DNA of 64,000 bases, from assembly GCA_964462525.1 (NCBI GenBank), contig CAYWWY010000004.1, positions 181,297 to 245,296 of the forward strand, read 5' to 3'. Under the pieces are notes generated by a model. The model saw nothing but the letters and a program-made list of their open reading frames with translations, was not told the DNA's origin and did no database searches. Each line of letters starts with the position of its first letter. Position 1 is the first letter of the stretch. Below, piece after piece: positions 30,249-39,168 of this stretch. The DNA comes from an uncultured Thermotogaceae bacterium. GTDB lineage: Bacteria > Thermotogota > Thermotogae > MWEM01. Position numbers and translations under genes: made by a program.

Positions 30249-30611
30249 TTATTCTTCGGAATCGTCCTCGCCCTCATCATCTTCCCACTGCTCCGGCATA
30301 GGTTCGGGCCCTTCTTCATCCCAAGGGCTCGTTGAAAAAGCCAATGGCTGTACAGAAGGACCCTCCACAGCCAACGCCCCCCCTTTGGGAATCCTCCGGC
30401 CCGATTCTTTGACTCGGTGTTTAATGGCTTCCAGTTCCTCGCTTGAAAGATGCGCATACATCCGTTTCCAGCTTTCATATGCTGCCATACGGATGGAATA
30501 CCGTTCGCATACTTCTTCGGGAGGCTTTGTTTTGGCCTCTTCCAGAATAGCCAGAATAAATTCGACGCTGCCAAAAGGATGGTTGATTCTCCCTTCCTGT
30601 CCGTTTGTCAC
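30249..30611 (-). CDS. IS3 OrfA (transposase_8)-like helix-turn-helix protein with an acidic C-terminal tail, orphan
   Basis: The segment VEFILAILEEAKTK..PEEVCERYSI..YESWKRMY parallels the InsE/OrfA HTH (EQIIAILKE...VSVAELCRKHGIS..FYKWRKKY). No OrfB/DDE partner follows. Confidence 0.5.
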   Translation of the reverse strand: MTNGQEGRINHPFGSVEFILAILEEAKTKPPEEVCERYSIRMAAYESWKRMYAHLSSEELEAIKHRVKESGRRIPKGGALAVEGPSVQPLAFSTSPWDEEGPEPMPEQWEDDEGEDDSEE

Positions 30612-30725
30612 AACCCACCTCTTTGCATGAGAAGTTTTGGATCTCTATGTCTGTATTATACTGGATGGGACGAAAAAAAAGCGCTTTTCTATGAAAAATG
30701 TTTCTTTTATGGGTGAAAATCAGGT

Positions 30726-30731
30726 ATAATT
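30726..30731 (+). promoter_or_regulatory. Putative sigma70 -10 box (TATAAT) upstream of the HAD hydrolase gene
   Basis: A TATAAT hexamer sits ~18 nt before the GAGGAGG RBS and TTG start. Confidence 0.3.
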
Positions 30732-30748
30732 CAGAGGAGGTGTTTGCA

Positions 30749-31600
30749 TTGGCAATCAACAAGATCCCAGACCATTTCGGGACCAAACGTTTGTTTATTT
30801 TGGATCTCGATGGCACTTTTTCGTTGGATGGCGTCCCTTTCCCCAAGGCAATTGAATTGATCCAGCTCTTCGAAAGCCGGAACCAATTTTATGTCTTTCT
30901 GACCAACAACTCATCGAACAGCCAGAAAACGTATTATCAATCCTTGCGAAGGATGGGTTTGCCTGTTCAGCAAGATCATGTGGTCACTTCAAATCAGCTC
31001 GCGGGATGGTATATCTTGGACCAATATCCACAAAAGACCATGATCTATTTAGGCACTCAGGACGGGGCAGAAGAATTGAAAGGAATGGGCCTTGATTTGG
31101 TTTTGCCTTATGATCGGTTTCGCGAGATCCCGGTGGACTTGGCTTTATTGGCCTATGATAATGGGATCACGTACGAAAAAATGAAGAATTTTGCGCTCGC
31201 TTTGCGGAAAGACATACCCTATTTGGCCACTCATCCGGATTTCAACTATCCTTCAAAGCAAGGGCTGTTACCTGACTGCGGATCCTACATTGCCCTGTTC
31301 CACGCTTCCACAGGAAAAACTCCAAACAGAATCTTCGGGAAGCCGGAATTCGATACATATCGCTTCCTCCTTCAAAAAAAAGGGATCTCTCCTGGTGAAG
31401 CTCTGATTATTGGGGATCGATTATATACAGATATTGCCGGTGGTGTCCAGGCTGGTATTGAAACCCTCTTGGTATTGAGCGGCGAAACCCAGGAAAAGGA
31501 TTTGGTCTCTTCCGATATTCAACCGACATGGGTCGTCGACTCGGTGGGTCAGTTCTATGATTGGTTGCTCACATTCCCGAAAGGATCGCCAGAAACATAG
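30749..31600 (+). CDS. HAD-superfamily IIA hydrolase (NagD-like sugar phosphatase)
   Basis: DLDGTF motif I and a C-terminal GDRLYTDI motif. A TTG start is inferred after the GAGGAGG RBS. Confidence 0.75.
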   Translation: MAINKIPDHFGTKRLFILDLDGTFSLDGVPFPKAIELIQLFESRNQFYVFLTNNSSNSQKTYYQSLRRMGLPVQQDHVVTSNQLAGWYILDQYPQKTMIYLGTQDGAEELKGMGLDLVLPYDRFREIPVDLALLAYDNGITYEKMKNFALALRKDIPYLATHPDFNYPSKQGLLPDCGSYIALFHASTGKTPNRIFGKPEFDTYRFLLQKKGISPGEALIIGDRLYTDIAGGVQAGIETLLVLSGETQEKDLVSSDIQPTWVVDSVGQFYDWLLTFPKGSPET

Positions 31601-31630
31601 CGGAAATATGGTATAATTCTATGACCCGTC

Positions 31631-33172
31631 ATGGTAGGAGGCGATCTCTTGCGTGCAGGCACATCGATCGACCGGTTTCTTTTAACAGTGTCCACCTTTT
31701 CCCGGGAGTTGAATACTGCCAGAAAGCTCAACGATGTTTTTTCTGCGATCAACAATGTTCTGAAACGGTTTTTTCAGATCTCCTCCACTCTGGTGATGAT
31801 TCAGAAGAAGGATGAATGGGAACCTGTTTTTTCAGACCCTGAGTTCCCAATCCCTATGGAAGAGCTTAAAACCTATATTGATCTTTCTTCAGACCGAAAA
31901 GCGCATAGTTTTTTCCCGGTTGATGAAGGGATTTTGTTGATCCTCCCCTCTCTGAAATCCGGACAGGTGCTTACCTTTTTTTTCGCTTTAATCCCGGGAA
32001 ATTCGGATGATATTCGTCAAGAATTCGACAGTATCATCAATTTTATCAGTTTTTTTTCTGGGATCGTGATCGAAAATCTTCAGCTCTATCATGAAGTCGT
32101 TGAGCAATCCGCCATACAAGAGACGCTGAAAAAATACTTTCTCACCATTTTGGATTCGATTGATGAAGCAATCATGGTATGGAATAAAGAAGTTGAAATG
32201 TCCTTTGTTAATCTAAGTTTTCGGCATATGAATCTATCCGACTCGGTTATGGAAACAGTGAAAGGAATCGCCCGCAAGACGATGAGCGACCAAGCGGGTT
32301 TTTCTGTAGAAAAAGAGATCGATGAAGCCTTTTACTCTTTCAATTCTGTTTGGATGGAAGCGCAGGAAGAAGCTTTGGTCCGAATGGAAGACATTACCCG
32401 ATCAAAGGAACTCGAGCGATTAAAACGGATTGATCAGATGAAGACCGAATTTGTGTCCAATATTTCACACGAATTGCGAACGCCCCTTTCAGCAATTAAG
32501 GCTTATGGCGAGACCGTCATCGATTCTTTGGGTACAACCGATACCGAAACAATTCAAGAATTTATGGGGACTTTGCTCGAACAAAGTGACCATTTGGAAT
32601 TCCTGCTCGAACAGTTGTTGGACTTCTCAAAATTGGAAGACCATTCCCTGCAAATGGAGCGGAAGGCGCACGATCTTCAACCCCTTGTGGAAAAGACCGT
32701 TAAGAGTATTTTACCCAACTCGGATGGAAGCGTTGACATCCAATTGGATTTGCCTGATGTGCCAATCGAAGTTTTGATCGACAAAAAGCGGATGAATCAA
32801 GTTCTTGGCCACATCATCAAAAATGCCATCAAGTACCGGAATCCCGATAGATCCACGACCGTTATCCGAGTAACAATCACCAAACAAGAGGATTCCGTCT
32901 TAATCACTATAGCCGATAACGGGATTGGCATTCCCGAAGAGAGCCTAGAGAGAATCTTTGAAAAGTTCTATCGCGTTGAGTCGGGCTTGACCTATGCTGT
33001 CGAAGGTACCGGTCTTGGTTTGGCTATATGCAAAGAAATTATGGAAGGCCATAAAGGAAAAATCTGGGCAGAAAGCTCTTTAGAATTGGGATCGACCTTT
33101 TTTCTACAGATCCCACTCAACCGAATGGCGGATACAGCGGATGGAATTGAAAAAGACACTGCAGAAGATTGA
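31631..33172 (+). CDS. Cytoplasmic sensor histidine kinase (GAF-like N-terminus, HisKA, HATPase_c)
   Basis: H-box SHELRTPLSAIKAY and a G-box region. No TM helix is predicted. Confidence 0.8.
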   Translation: MVGGDLLRAGTSIDRFLLTVSTFSRELNTARKLNDVFSAINNVLKRFFQISSTLVMIQKKDEWEPVFSDPEFPIPMEELKTYIDLSSDRKAHSFFPVDEGILLILPSLKSGQVLTFFFALIPGNSDDIRQEFDSIINFISFFSGIVIENLQLYHEVVEQSAIQETLKKYFLTILDSIDEAIMVWNKEVEMSFVNLSFRHMNLSDSVMETVKGIARKTMSDQAGFSVEKEIDEAFYSFNSVWMEAQEEALVRMEDITRSKELERLKRIDQMKTEFVSNISHELRTPLSAIKAYGETVIDSLGTTDTETIQEFMGTLLEQSDHLEFLLEQLLDFSKLEDHSLQMERKAHDLQPLVEKTVKSILPNSDGSVDIQLDLPDVPIEVLIDKKRMNQVLGHIIKNAIKYRNPDRSTTVIRVTITKQEDSVLITIADNGIGIPEESLERIFEKFYRVESGLTYAVEGTGLGLAICKEIMEGHKGKIWAESSLELGSTFFLQIPLNRMADTADGIEKDTAED

Positions 33173-33986
33173 ACAGCTGCCGTCTCCGGATTTCGTCCTG
33201 CAAAAGATTGTGGAGACGGCTTCCAGCCCTAACTCTTCTGCAAAGGACCTGAATGAAATAGCCAAAAAGGATCAGGCATTTGCTTCCAAAATCCTGAAAC
33301 TGGCCAATTCTACCTACTACGGATTGCCGCGAAAGGTATCACAACTCACTGAAGCCATAATGATTTTGGGGTTTAAGACGGTCCGGAATATGGCGTTGAG
33401 CATTTTTACCCATGACAATTACTATCGATTTCGGGCTAAGAACATCGATATCAAAGATATTTGGAAACACGCCGTTTCTTGCGCCACTGTCGGCGAAATG
33501 ATCGCGGAACGAATCGGATATCCAAATAAAGAAGAGCTGTTTATGTGTGGATTGATGCATGATATTGGGAAAACGGTACAAGCGATGGTTGTTCCAGAGT
33601 TGTTCGAGCAATTGATCGCTTTGGCGCGGCTTCGCAAGGTATCGTATTACCAAGCTGAGCGATTGATCGAAATTCCGACTCATGAAGTCTTCGCAGAGAT
33701 GTTGCTTCAAAATTGGGATTTTCCGGAAATGGTCATTGCCGCGGCGTCGTTTCACCATCGGCCCAAAAGTTTGGGTACATCGATCTACTCGGATCTGGTG
33801 TATATCACAACATTATCCACCTATATCGCGGAACGGATGAAGTTTGGAGACAATGGGTCTGGAACCCATATCTCTCTTCCTTTGCAGGTATGGCATGAGC
33901 TGGGGCTTACGCCCAGCAGTTTTCATGAGATCGTGCAGAAAACGCAGCACAAAATTGACCGTTTGGATGATTTTTTTTCGATTTGA
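33141..33986 (+). CDS. HDOD-domain signalling protein
   Basis: HDOD pattern (LPSP..VLQKI ... ASKILKLANSTYYG ... AIMILGF ... GLMHDIGK). Its start overlaps the HK gene end by 32 nt. Confidence 0.8.
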   Translation: MELKKTLQKIEQLPSPDFVLQKIVETASSPNSSAKDLNEIAKKDQAFASKILKLANSTYYGLPRKVSQLTEAIMILGFKTVRNMALSIFTHDNYYRFRAKNIDIKDIWKHAVSCATVGEMIAERIGYPNKEELFMCGLMHDIGKTVQAMVVPELFEQLIALARLRKVSYYQAERLIEIPTHEVFAEMLLQNWDFPEMVIAAASFHHRPKSLGTSIYSDLVYITTLSTYIAERMKFGDNGSGTHISLPLQVWHELGLTPSSFHEIVQKTQHKIDRLDDFFSI

Positions 33987-34049
33987 ACCATGGAGTGGGA
34001 TCATCCCCATGAAGCATGATTATCAATATTAGACACAGGAGGGAATGGT

Positions 34050-35072
34050 ATGCGCGTAGGGATTTTAACCGGGGGTGGAGATTGCCCAGGGCTGAATGCT
34101 GTCGTTCGGGGCATTGTCCATGCCAAACCGGAGGATATGGAGATCTTTGGTTTTATGAATGGGTGGAATGGACTTTTGACCGGAGAACATACGATCTTAG
34201 CAACCGAAGATGTGGAAGGGATTCATATTTTGGGGGGAACCATCCTGGGTACTTCTCGAACCAATCCCTTTAATCGCGAAGAGGACACTCAAAAAATGTT
34301 CCAAACCCTGGAAAAACTGAGGATTGATTCCTTGATCGCGATTGGTGGCGACGATACTCTTTCTGTTGGCGCGAAGCTATCTTCGTCGGGGTTCAATGTA
34401 GTAGGAGTGCCAAAAACCATCGATAATGATGTATCCCATACGGATTATACATTCGGTTTTCATACGGCTGTAAATGTGGGCGCAGACGCAATTGATCGTC
34501 TTCATTCCACAGCTAAGTCCCACAGCCGGATCTTCTTCGTGGAACTAATGGGCCGGGAAGCAGGATGGATCGCTATAGAAGCGGGGCTTGCCGCAGGCGC
34601 GCATCTTATTCTCATTCCAGAGTATCCGATGACCTTGAAAGAGGTGCTGCAAATCGTGCAACATAGGATGGAGCGTTCTCAATATGCCGTGATCGCTGTT
34701 GCGGAAGGGTTTAAACCGACAGAATTGGAGAAAGCCGTTGGAGATCAAAAACAATCTGATGCGTTCGGGCACATTCGCTTGGGTGGAATTGCCCACTACC
34801 TTGCTGAAGTGACCAAAGAGCACCTCAAACATGATACCCGTTCTGTTGTTTTGGGTCACCTCCTTCGAGGAGGAACGCCAACGGCATTCGATCGGATTCT
34901 CGGGACCCGCTACGGAGTCAAGGCGATGGAATTAATCAAGAATGGTGATTTTGGCCGAATGGTTGCATTGAAAGGAAATGAAATTGTTTCCGTTCCGATT
35001 GAATATGGTGTGGCTACCAAAAAACTGGTACCCTATGAATACTATCAATTGGCATCGCTCTTCTTTGGATGA
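34050..35072 (+). CDS. pfp: 6-phosphofructokinase, predicted pyrophosphate-dependent
   Basis: MRVGILTGGGDCPGLNAVVRG start. GGDDT and PKTIDND carry the Asp-for-Gly104 and Lys-for-Gly124 substitutions (E. coli PfkA numbering) diagnostic of PPi-PFKs. Confidence 0.85.
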   Translation: MRVGILTGGGDCPGLNAVVRGIVHAKPEDMEIFGFMNGWNGLLTGEHTILATEDVEGIHILGGTILGTSRTNPFNREEDTQKMFQTLEKLRIDSLIAIGGDDTLSVGAKLSSSGFNVVGVPKTIDNDVSHTDYTFGFHTAVNVGADAIDRLHSTAKSHSRIFFVELMGREAGWIAIEAGLAAGAHLILIPEYPMTLKEVLQIVQHRMERSQYAVIAVAEGFKPTELEKAVGDQKQSDAFGHIRLGGIAHYLAEVTKEHLKHDTRSVVLGHLLRGGTPTAFDRILGTRYGVKAMELIKNGDFGRMVALKGNEIVSVPIEYGVATKKLVPYEYYQLASLFFG

Positions 35073-35099
35073 TGGAGTGAGCATGCGAAAGGGTCGTGT

Positions 35100-35648
35100 A
35101 TGAATCGATTCCCCCATCCGTATCCCCAATGGGCCTTAGCAGTTATTGAGGCTTATGTCTGTCATCATAAGAAGCTGGACTCATTCGACGATCTCCCCCC
35201 AGATATGCAAACGCGCCGAGCCGGCTGCTTTGTTACTTTACATACAATCGACGGGCTATTACGCGGGTGCATTGGGACCATCGAACCATCTGGAGCGCAT
35301 TTAGCGATGGAAATTCGGAATAATGCGATATCTGCTGCTACAAAGGATCCGCGATTCCCGCCCGTATCATGCGCTGAGGTGCCGGATTTACGTATCTCTG
35401 TAGATGTTTTGGGGCAACCTGAGCCAATCGTCGATGATCGCGAACTGGATCCCAGACGATATGGAATCATTGTGGAGCACGGAGTTCGAAAAGGATTGCT
35501 CTTGCCCGATCTTGAGGGAGTTGACCGGGTCTCCCAGCAAATTTCAATCGCGCGTATGAAAGCGGGAATCCCGGAAGGGGTTCCCCTTACGATCTATCGG
35601 TTTTCTGTCGAACGGTATCTGGATTTTGAGCAAGGAGGGAACGAATGA
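35100..35648 (+). CDS. AMMECR1-domain protein (AmmeMemoRadiSam system component)
   Basis: 182 aa with the CFVTL...LRGCIGT AMMECR1 signature. Confidence 0.8.
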   Translation: MNRFPHPYPQWALAVIEAYVCHHKKLDSFDDLPPDMQTRRAGCFVTLHTIDGLLRGCIGTIEPSGAHLAMEIRNNAISAATKDPRFPPVSCAEVPDLRISVDVLGQPEPIVDDRELDPRRYGIIVEHGVRKGLLLPDLEGVDRVSQQISIARMKAGIPEGVPLTIYRFSVERYLDFEQGGNE

Positions 35649-36646
35649 GGGAAGCTCTCTTCTATGAAGAATTTCCCACAGCGGAAGAACCCAAAACCAT
35701 CCGTTGCACCTTATGCCCTCACCTATGCGTATTAACCCATCATCAGGCCGGGTTGTGCATGGTACGGAGCAACGAAAATGGAGTGATGTATTCCACCAAT
35801 TACGGACGGATTTCTTCGATCTCTATGGATCCGATCGAAAAAAAACCGTTGTATCACTTTCATCCAGGGCAGATGATCCTTTCGGTCGGTAGTTGGGGAT
35901 GCAATTTTCGATGCCCTTGGTGTCAGAACTGGGAGATCGCTCAAGAGAAACCGGCTACCCAAAACGTCTATTCGGATCGATTGATTGATATCGCCATCAA
36001 TCGACAGTCGGATGGAATCGCCTTCACGTACAATGAACCTCTTGTTTGGTTCGAGTTTGTATTGGATACCACACGAATGGCAAACGCGAACGGATTGTAC
36101 AATGTCTTGGTCACTAACGGGTATATCAACGAAGAACCGTTTCATCTTCTGCTTCAGACCGTAACAGCCATGAATATTGATTTGAAAGGATTCCAAGCCA
36201 AGTGGTACAAAAAGCGCTGTGGCGGAGATCTGGAAGTGGTTAAGCGCAACATTCGCAAAGCCTATCTCGAAGGCATTCATATCGAGCTTACTACTCTGAT
36301 CATCCCCGGCGAAAACGATGACGATCCAACACTTCGTGAACTAGTGGAATGGGTCGCTTCTATTAGCGATACGATTCCATTGCACTTAACTCGATACCAT
36401 CCGGCCCATCATTTTCAGAAGCCCCCTACGGACCTGTCCACGATGCACCACTTGTATGAGGTTGCGCGTGGATCTTTACAATATGTCTATCTGGGGAACC
36501 ATAACGATCTGGACACCTCCAGTACCTATTGTCCTTCATGCAACCATTTGGCCATCCAGCGAATCGGGTACGAAATCCGCCGATTCGGGATTAACGAACA
36601 GGGAGAATGCACTCAATGCGGGAAAAAACTAAATCTGATCTTGTAA
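35645..36646 (+). CDS. AmmeMemoRadiSam-system radical SAM enzyme (PFL-activase-like)
   Basis: CxxxCxxC in GCNFRCPWCQNW, and an N-terminal CTLCPHLCVL Cys cluster. A 4-nt overlap with the AMMECR1 gene indicates translational coupling. Confidence 0.8.
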   Translation: MREALFYEEFPTAEEPKTIRCTLCPHLCVLTHHQAGLCMVRSNENGVMYSTNYGRISSISMDPIEKKPLYHFHPGQMILSVGSWGCNFRCPWCQNWEIAQEKPATQNVYSDRLIDIAINRQSDGIAFTYNEPLVWFEFVLDTTRMANANGLYNVLVTNGYINEEPFHLLLQTVTAMNIDLKGFQAKWYKKRCGGDLEVVKRNIRKAYLEGIHIELTTLIIPGENDDDPTLRELVEWVASISDTIPLHLTRYHPAHHFQKPPTDLSTMHHLYEVARGSLQYVYLGNHNDLDTSSTYCPSCNHLAIQRIGYEIRRFGINEQGECTQCGKKLNLIL

Positions 36647-36648
36647 AG

Positions 36649-37674
36649 ATGTCGCGGAAGGCCTGGTACATGGCATACGGGGGAATCGGAGTAATGACAA
36701 TCATCCTGATTGCGATCGCTATGCGTCAGCCCCCTGCTTACCTTTCTCGAGATGGATTTCTCATGGGCACCTACGTGCGTGTTGTTGTTCATTCTTCCAA
36801 GGATCCCTACATGATCATGGATGCCATATTCCGCGAACTCAAGCGCATCGAAGCGAAATTTGATCCCTATCGGGAAGGCAGCGAGATTTATGCCATCAAC
36901 AAAAATGGAGCCACATTGACGGATATTGACCAAGAAACGCGGTTTGTCATTGAACGATCCCTTTCGATCGCGCGGGCAACTAACGGAGCTTACGATCCCG
37001 CGCTTGGACGGATCATTCAATTGTGGGGGTTCGAACGGATTTCCGACTCCTCTTTTCAGCCGCGTGTGCCGACACAGCAAGAAATTGCTGATGTTCTTCA
37101 TTCATCGGGATACTACCATGTGGAGATCACGTCCATGGGGATCCGTCTTTTGGAGAGCGCTCAATTGGATTTGGGTGGAATCGTTAAGGGATATGCGATC
37201 GATCGGTCAATCCAGGTTGCACGGGCATTGGATCCAAAAGTCAATGGATATATCGACGCAGGGGGAGATATCGGTTTCTTGGGGGCCAAATTCGGTACAG
37301 CCGACTGGCTTGTGGGCATCCAGAATCCCCGCCCGGGATCCCCGGAGGATGACACGCCCATTCACATCCTATACCTACGGGAAGGCGCCGTGGCTACCAG
37401 CGGAGATTACCAAAGGTATTTTATGGTAGACGCGAAGCGGTATCACCATGTAATAAACCCATTTACCGGAACACCTGTGGATGGGGTTATATCTTCCACA
37501 GTTATCGCAAACACAGCCATGGATGCAGATGCATTGTCAACTGCCGCGATGGTTCTAGGGAGCGAAATTGCGGTCCATACGATTCCTCAGTTGGGTGGGC
37601 AAGTGTTCCTGATTTCGGAACAAGGGGTCCATCGGTATTCAACCGGGTTCTCCCATTTTTTGAATCCAAGGTAG
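36649..37674 (+). CDS. apbE: FAD:protein FMN transferase (ApbE family)
   Basis: N-terminal TM segment, LGGIVKGYAIDR and SGDYQRYF ApbE motifs. The start is chosen just after the radical SAM stop. The longer track ORF begins at 36607. Confidence 0.8.
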   Translation: MSRKAWYMAYGGIGVMTIILIAIAMRQPPAYLSRDGFLMGTYVRVVVHSSKDPYMIMDAIFRELKRIEAKFDPYREGSEIYAINKNGATLTDIDQETRFVIERSLSIARATNGAYDPALGRIIQLWGFERISDSSFQPRVPTQQEIADVLHSSGYYHVEITSMGIRLLESAQLDLGGIVKGYAIDRSIQVARALDPKVNGYIDAGGDIGFLGAKFGTADWLVGIQNPRPGSPEDDTPIHILYLREGAVATSGDYQRYFMVDAKRYHHVINPFTGTPVDGVISSTVIANTAMDADALSTAAMVLGSEIAVHTIPQLGGQVFLISEQGVHRYSTGFSHFLNPR

Positions 37675-37682
37675 GCATCATT

Positions 37683-38081
37683 GTGCAACCGTCTTTTCCC
37701 AAGATGTGGACTCCTATGGATCTTTTGCTGATCATGGGGATTATTTTGGTGATCGGATCAGCAATTGTTTTCCAAATGAATGATCCGACAATCCCATCCC
37801 AGGTTTTGGTGGAAATATCCGGGGTCGTTGCCTATCAATATACTCTCCCCGTGCGGGGGTCATACCTTTTGACTATTAATGGAAGAGAAGCCATGGTTCT
37901 GGAGATCTCAGAATATCGTGTACGGTTAACCTCTTCTGACTGCCCATTTCAGCGATGTGTTCATCATGGATTTCTGAAAAGACCATCGGATGCCATTATC
38001 TGTGTGCCAAACGAAACCGTTGTTCGATATAACACCAACCCGGTTTTACCAGATGCTCCATGGGACGTAATGACACGATGA
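37683..38081 (+). CDS. NusG domain II-containing membrane protein (DUF1312)
   Basis: 132 aa with an N-terminal TM helix and a small beta domain. It has the typical position between ApbE and a Gx transporter. Confidence 0.55.
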   Translation: MQPSFPKMWTPMDLLLIMGIILVIGSAIVFQMNDPTIPSQVLVEISGVVAYQYTLPVRGSYLLTINGREAMVLEISEYRVRLTSSDCPFQRCVHHGFLKRPSDAIICVPNETVVRYNTNPVLPDAPWDVMTR

Positions 38082-38629
38082 AACCGAGTGAGAGGACCGG
38101 GGAATCGGTTCGACTCGGCCTTTTGGTGGTTCTGAGCGCGACAATGTATATGATGGAAACCTTTTTACCCGGGTTTTTTTTGGTTCCAGGCTTCCGGTGG
38201 GGCTTTTCCAATTCGATCGTTCTGTTCTGCGTGATTGGTGGGCGCTACCGTGATGGGATTATTGTGAGCGCGCTGAAGAGCGTCTTGGGTTCTTTTTTCA
38301 CAGGCACGTTATTCTCATTCCCGTTTCTACTCGGCTTTGGCGGAGTGATCAGTGGGGCTGTAGCGATGATTCTTGCACGGAAAACCCGATTGTTCGGGAT
38401 TTCGGGAATCAGTATCATTGGAGCCTGCGTCAACAATACTGTTCAGCTTTTTTTGGCATCAATCATTGTGCGTTCCCAGCAAGTGATGGCCCTTATGCCT
38501 TATATTATCCTAGTGGGCACTGTCAGTGCAGTGGTGAACGCGATTATTGTTTCAGGAGGTCTTCGATGGTTGCGAAAGAGAAAACTCAACTGGTTCTTGT
38601 ATCCCAATCCCCGAGAAGGAAAGAGTTGA
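38078..38629 (+). CDS. Gx transporter family protein (HepT/heptaprenyl diphosphate synthase component I-like)
   Basis: A polytopic membrane protein. ATGA overlap with the upstream gene. Family membership is inferred from its TM topology and conserved position after the DUF1312 gene. Confidence 0.55.
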   Translation: MKPSERTGESVRLGLLVVLSATMYMMETFLPGFFLVPGFRWGFSNSIVLFCVIGGRYRDGIIVSALKSVLGSFFTGTLFSFPFLLGFGGVISGAVAMILARKTRLFGISGISIIGACVNNTVQLFLASIIVRSQQVMALMPYIILVGTVSAVVNAIIVSGGLRWLRKRKLNWFLYPNPREGKS

Positions 38630-39168
38630 TCAAACGACTAGATCTACCATTCCAAACCATTTCGCCCGATCATCTCCACGAAAACTCTCAGGAATCCGTA
38701 CCTCAACTACACACCCTGGAAGTTGCGCAATGGAAGATGGATTCCGTTTTGAACCAAAACGCCCCTGCGCCAGGGCAAATATGGATTTCAGCCGATACAA
38801 TTGTGGTGTATCAAGATCACCTCTTAGGGAAACCGAAAGACAAAGAGGATGCCTTTCGGATGTTGGCTGTCCTTTGCGGAAAATGGCATTTTGTATATAC
38901 AGGCGTTGTGATGAATGCATATGGTTTTGACTCCAATGAGCAAGTCATTCAATTTTGCGAAGAAACACGGGTAAAATTCCGGAATGTTCCCGCTTCCATG
39001 ATTCGCCGAATCTTGGATAAAGAAGAAGCTTTGGATAAAGCGGGCGCATATGCCATTCAAGGATATGGGGGGCTCCTTGTAGAACGAATTGTCGGGGATT
39101 ACTACAACGTTATGGGATTTCCTCTGGGCCGCATATGGGAAACCCTTTTGAGTTTGGGAGCCTATTGA
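38566..39168 (+). CDS. maf: Maf-like nucleoside triphosphate pyrophosphatase (septum formation protein)
   Basis: LVSQSPRRKELI N-terminal motif and a Maf-family C-terminus (GAYAIQG). ~200 aa. Confidence 0.8.
   Translation: MVAKEKTQLVLVSQSPRRKELIKRLDLPFQTISPDHLHENSQESVPQLHTLEVAQWKMDSVLNQNAPAPGQIWISADTIVVYQDHLLGKPKDKEDAFRMLAVLCGKWHFVYTGVVMNAYGFDSNEQVIQFCEETRVKFRNVPASMIRRILDKEEALDKAGAYAIQGYGGLLVERIVGDYYNVMGFPLGRIWETLLSLGAY

Noticed and set aside
30249-30611. Intact IS3-family insertion sequence
   Set aside because: Only an OrfA-like HTH is present. There is no frameshift window, no OrfB/DDE integrase domain downstream and no recognisable terminal inverted repeats, so this is not a mobile element as such.
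29381-30630. Plus-strand ORFs 29381..30046 and 30193..30630 (Ser/Gly-rich)
   Set aside because: They are antisense to the acidic minus-strand ORFs. Their serine-rich low-complexity translation is the mirror of the Asp/Glu-rich proteins and is unlikely to be coding.
38566-39168. Second flagellar Maf (motility accessory factor)
   Set aside because: This Maf is the unrelated septum-formation / nucleotide pyrophosphatase Maf family (SPRRKELL motif), not DUF115. The name is shared, but it is not linked to the glycosylation island.
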